Shown: piece after piece, positions 62,464-64,000 of the stretch
Layout: each line of letters opens with the position of its first letter
Position numbering within the stretch: position 1 is the first letter of the stretch
From: Vicugna vicugna
Lineage: Eukaryota
Length of the DNA: 64,000 nucleotides
Assembly (NCBI GenBank): GCA_013265495.1
Contig: MU059002.1
Location: 248,001 to 312,000 of the forward strand
Direction: 5' to 3'
The notes under the pieces: generated by a model
What the model was told of the DNA's origin: nothing
The model's input: the letters and a program-made list of their open reading frames with translations, nothing else
The model's database searches: none
Program-made: the position numbers and the translations under genes

Positions 62464-62644
62464 TCAAATTTCTCCAGACTGACTTGGTTTGTGCCTGTCC
62501 TCGTTTTTCTGGACCTAGAAGTTCGGCTTTGCAACTTGCTTTCAGTGTCCGACTCTGACCCCTTCGAATTCTGTAGCTCCCTGGAGTTCACATCTAGCAT
62601 TTTGGGCTGATGAATCCCTCGATGGATTTTGGCTTTTCTGACTC
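62464..62644 (-). CDS. Candidate internal coding exon of an unidentified gene
   Basis: Strong acceptor cttttttatttcccttcccatttttggctacag|. Only one frame is open: GVRKAKIHRGIHQPKMLDVNSRELQNSKGSESDTESKLQSRTSRSRKTRTGTNQVSLEKFE. Unique sequence with several CpGs. Donors: TGA|gtagga (62464) or CAA|gtcagt (62484). I do not recognise the peptide. Confidence 0.35.
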
Positions 62645-62699
62645 CTGTAGCCAAAAATGGGAAGGGAAATAAAAAAGGCTGAGTAAAAACTGGCACACA

Positions 62700-63390
62700 G
62701 AGAAATCCCTATGGTCCTTCAGACTTCTCTGCTCATTGCAGCCTGCTGGGAAACCCACTGACCATGTCATATATGGAATATGTCACCTGTCATTCCCCCA
62801 CCTTCCTCTCTTCCCCGTGATTCCACACAGCGCTGCCTGATCAATCATGGTAAAACACATTCTGATAAAGTCGTTCACTTTTTCCTCCCTTGCCACCAAG
62901 GAGTTTTTACTCTTTATCCAGGCATTCAAAACCCTTCACAACTTAACCTCAGCTTACCTTTACCTCCCAAGCACCACCACCCACTACAGTACACACGGTC
63001 CAGCCAGATTGGATCACTGTTTGTTCCCGGTGCTTTTCTACTTCTGTCCTTACTCATGCCATTCCATCTGCTTGCAGTGCCTCATCCCCCCATCTGTGCC
63101 TTCTGAAATCCGACTCGTGGCTTCCTGCCCGACTCAGATGCCTCCTCCTCTGTAGTGAAAGCATTCCCTGACCATCCTGCTCCCTTTGAATTCCTAGGTT
63201 ACTTGGTCCTTCTTTCCATGACCCCAATTTCACGCTGCCTCACATTATAGCCCTTGATGTGCGTGTCTCACCTGCCTTCATGGAGAGTGTCAGATTCCTG
63301 GAGGCAGGACCCAAGCCCAATTCCCTTTTCCATGTTTCCCCCACTGCTTTTGGCATAAAAGGAGCTAAATACTATTTTCTGTATAAATAG
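62700..63390 (+). mobile_element. L2 3' region
   Basis: 'caggcattcaaaacccttcacaacttaacctcagcttacc...tcatgccattccatctgcttgcagtgcc...cagatgcctcctcctctg...attcctggaggcaggacc'. Confidence 0.8.
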
Positions 63391-64000
63391 GAAACTGAAA
63401 ATCACAATTCTTGAAGAGGTGTGAATAAATAGTTTAATACAGCTCTAAGTAATAGATGGTGTTTTACCTTCAAAAATAGCATTGACTAGTAAAGTATGAT
63501 AAATTTTTCCAGGTTTCAGGCCAGATAGTTATTTTCATGCATGATCAATAACAAATTTAACAATTTGTTCAAAGGTAAGAAATGATCATTATAAAGAATA
63601 GGCAGCCAATTCACACTCACTAAAATGAGAAGAGACATTTTGTGCACATGCAGGAGATCTAATGGGAAAACAAAGCAATGGCCCAAGACTGTGGTTCAAG
63701 GACATGTTATTAACCATCTAGAAACTATGTTTACGGAAAGCAGCTGACTTTGGGGATCTATGAGTCCTTGTACTTTCTGGTATTTTTTGTTGCCAATGTT
63801 AAAGCATGAATAACTAATTCACCTTAGTTCATTGACCCTCCCCCGGCTTATTTTTACTTATTTATCTTCTCTCTGTGTAGCATATATTAATGGGAAAATG
63901 AAAATACATAAGGATACATTCTTCTACTAATCTCTGACATGAAACTGAGGTCAAACATCATTCAGAGAAATGTTTTGGGTCTTAAATAAATAATTTTCCT

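Noticed and set aside
1-64000. CRISPR arrays, operons, rRNA, NUMT, processed pseudogenes or ERV gag/pol/env
   Set aside because: No regularly spaced repeats, no long ORFs, and no mitochondrial, rRNA, mRNA-like or retroviral coding motifs seen. The only ERV1 trace is the solo LTR.

Overview
This is mammalian, repeat-rich, largely non-coding DNA, almost certainly from a camelid (Camelus/Vicugna/Lama). A tRNA-derived camelid-type SINE (35943-36113) and camelid/cetartiodactyl-type L1 3' ends support this. I recognise no known protein-coding gene, rRNA, tRNA gene or CRISPR array. The listed ORFs are short chance ORFs, TE remnants or artefacts of N runs. Much of the window is a layered transposon fossil record: L2, L3/CR1, MIR, L1M/L1ME, a probable HAL1, MLT1 LTRs, and MER5/MER20/MER53/MER115 DNA transposons. 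Younger additions are an ERV1-type solo LTR with a target-site duplication (TSD), a 5'-truncated L1 with a perfect 11-bp TSD, and the SINE. Seven N blocks look like masking rather than assembly gaps. The best leads are: (1) a CpG-rich promoter-like segment, G-quadruplex tract and reverse-oriented solo LTR clustered at 3.3-4.7 kb; (2) minus-strand exon-like segments (62.5, 37.4, 21.0, 9.3, 7.1 kb) that join in one open frame with no homologue I recognise; (3) homeodomain/SOX-motif-rich enhancer candidates; (4) a 22-bp templated duplication. Repeat family names come from my recall of consensus sequences, not from a search, and repeat boundaries are approximate unless a TSD is given. I found no convincing novel biological system; the leads are hypotheses.
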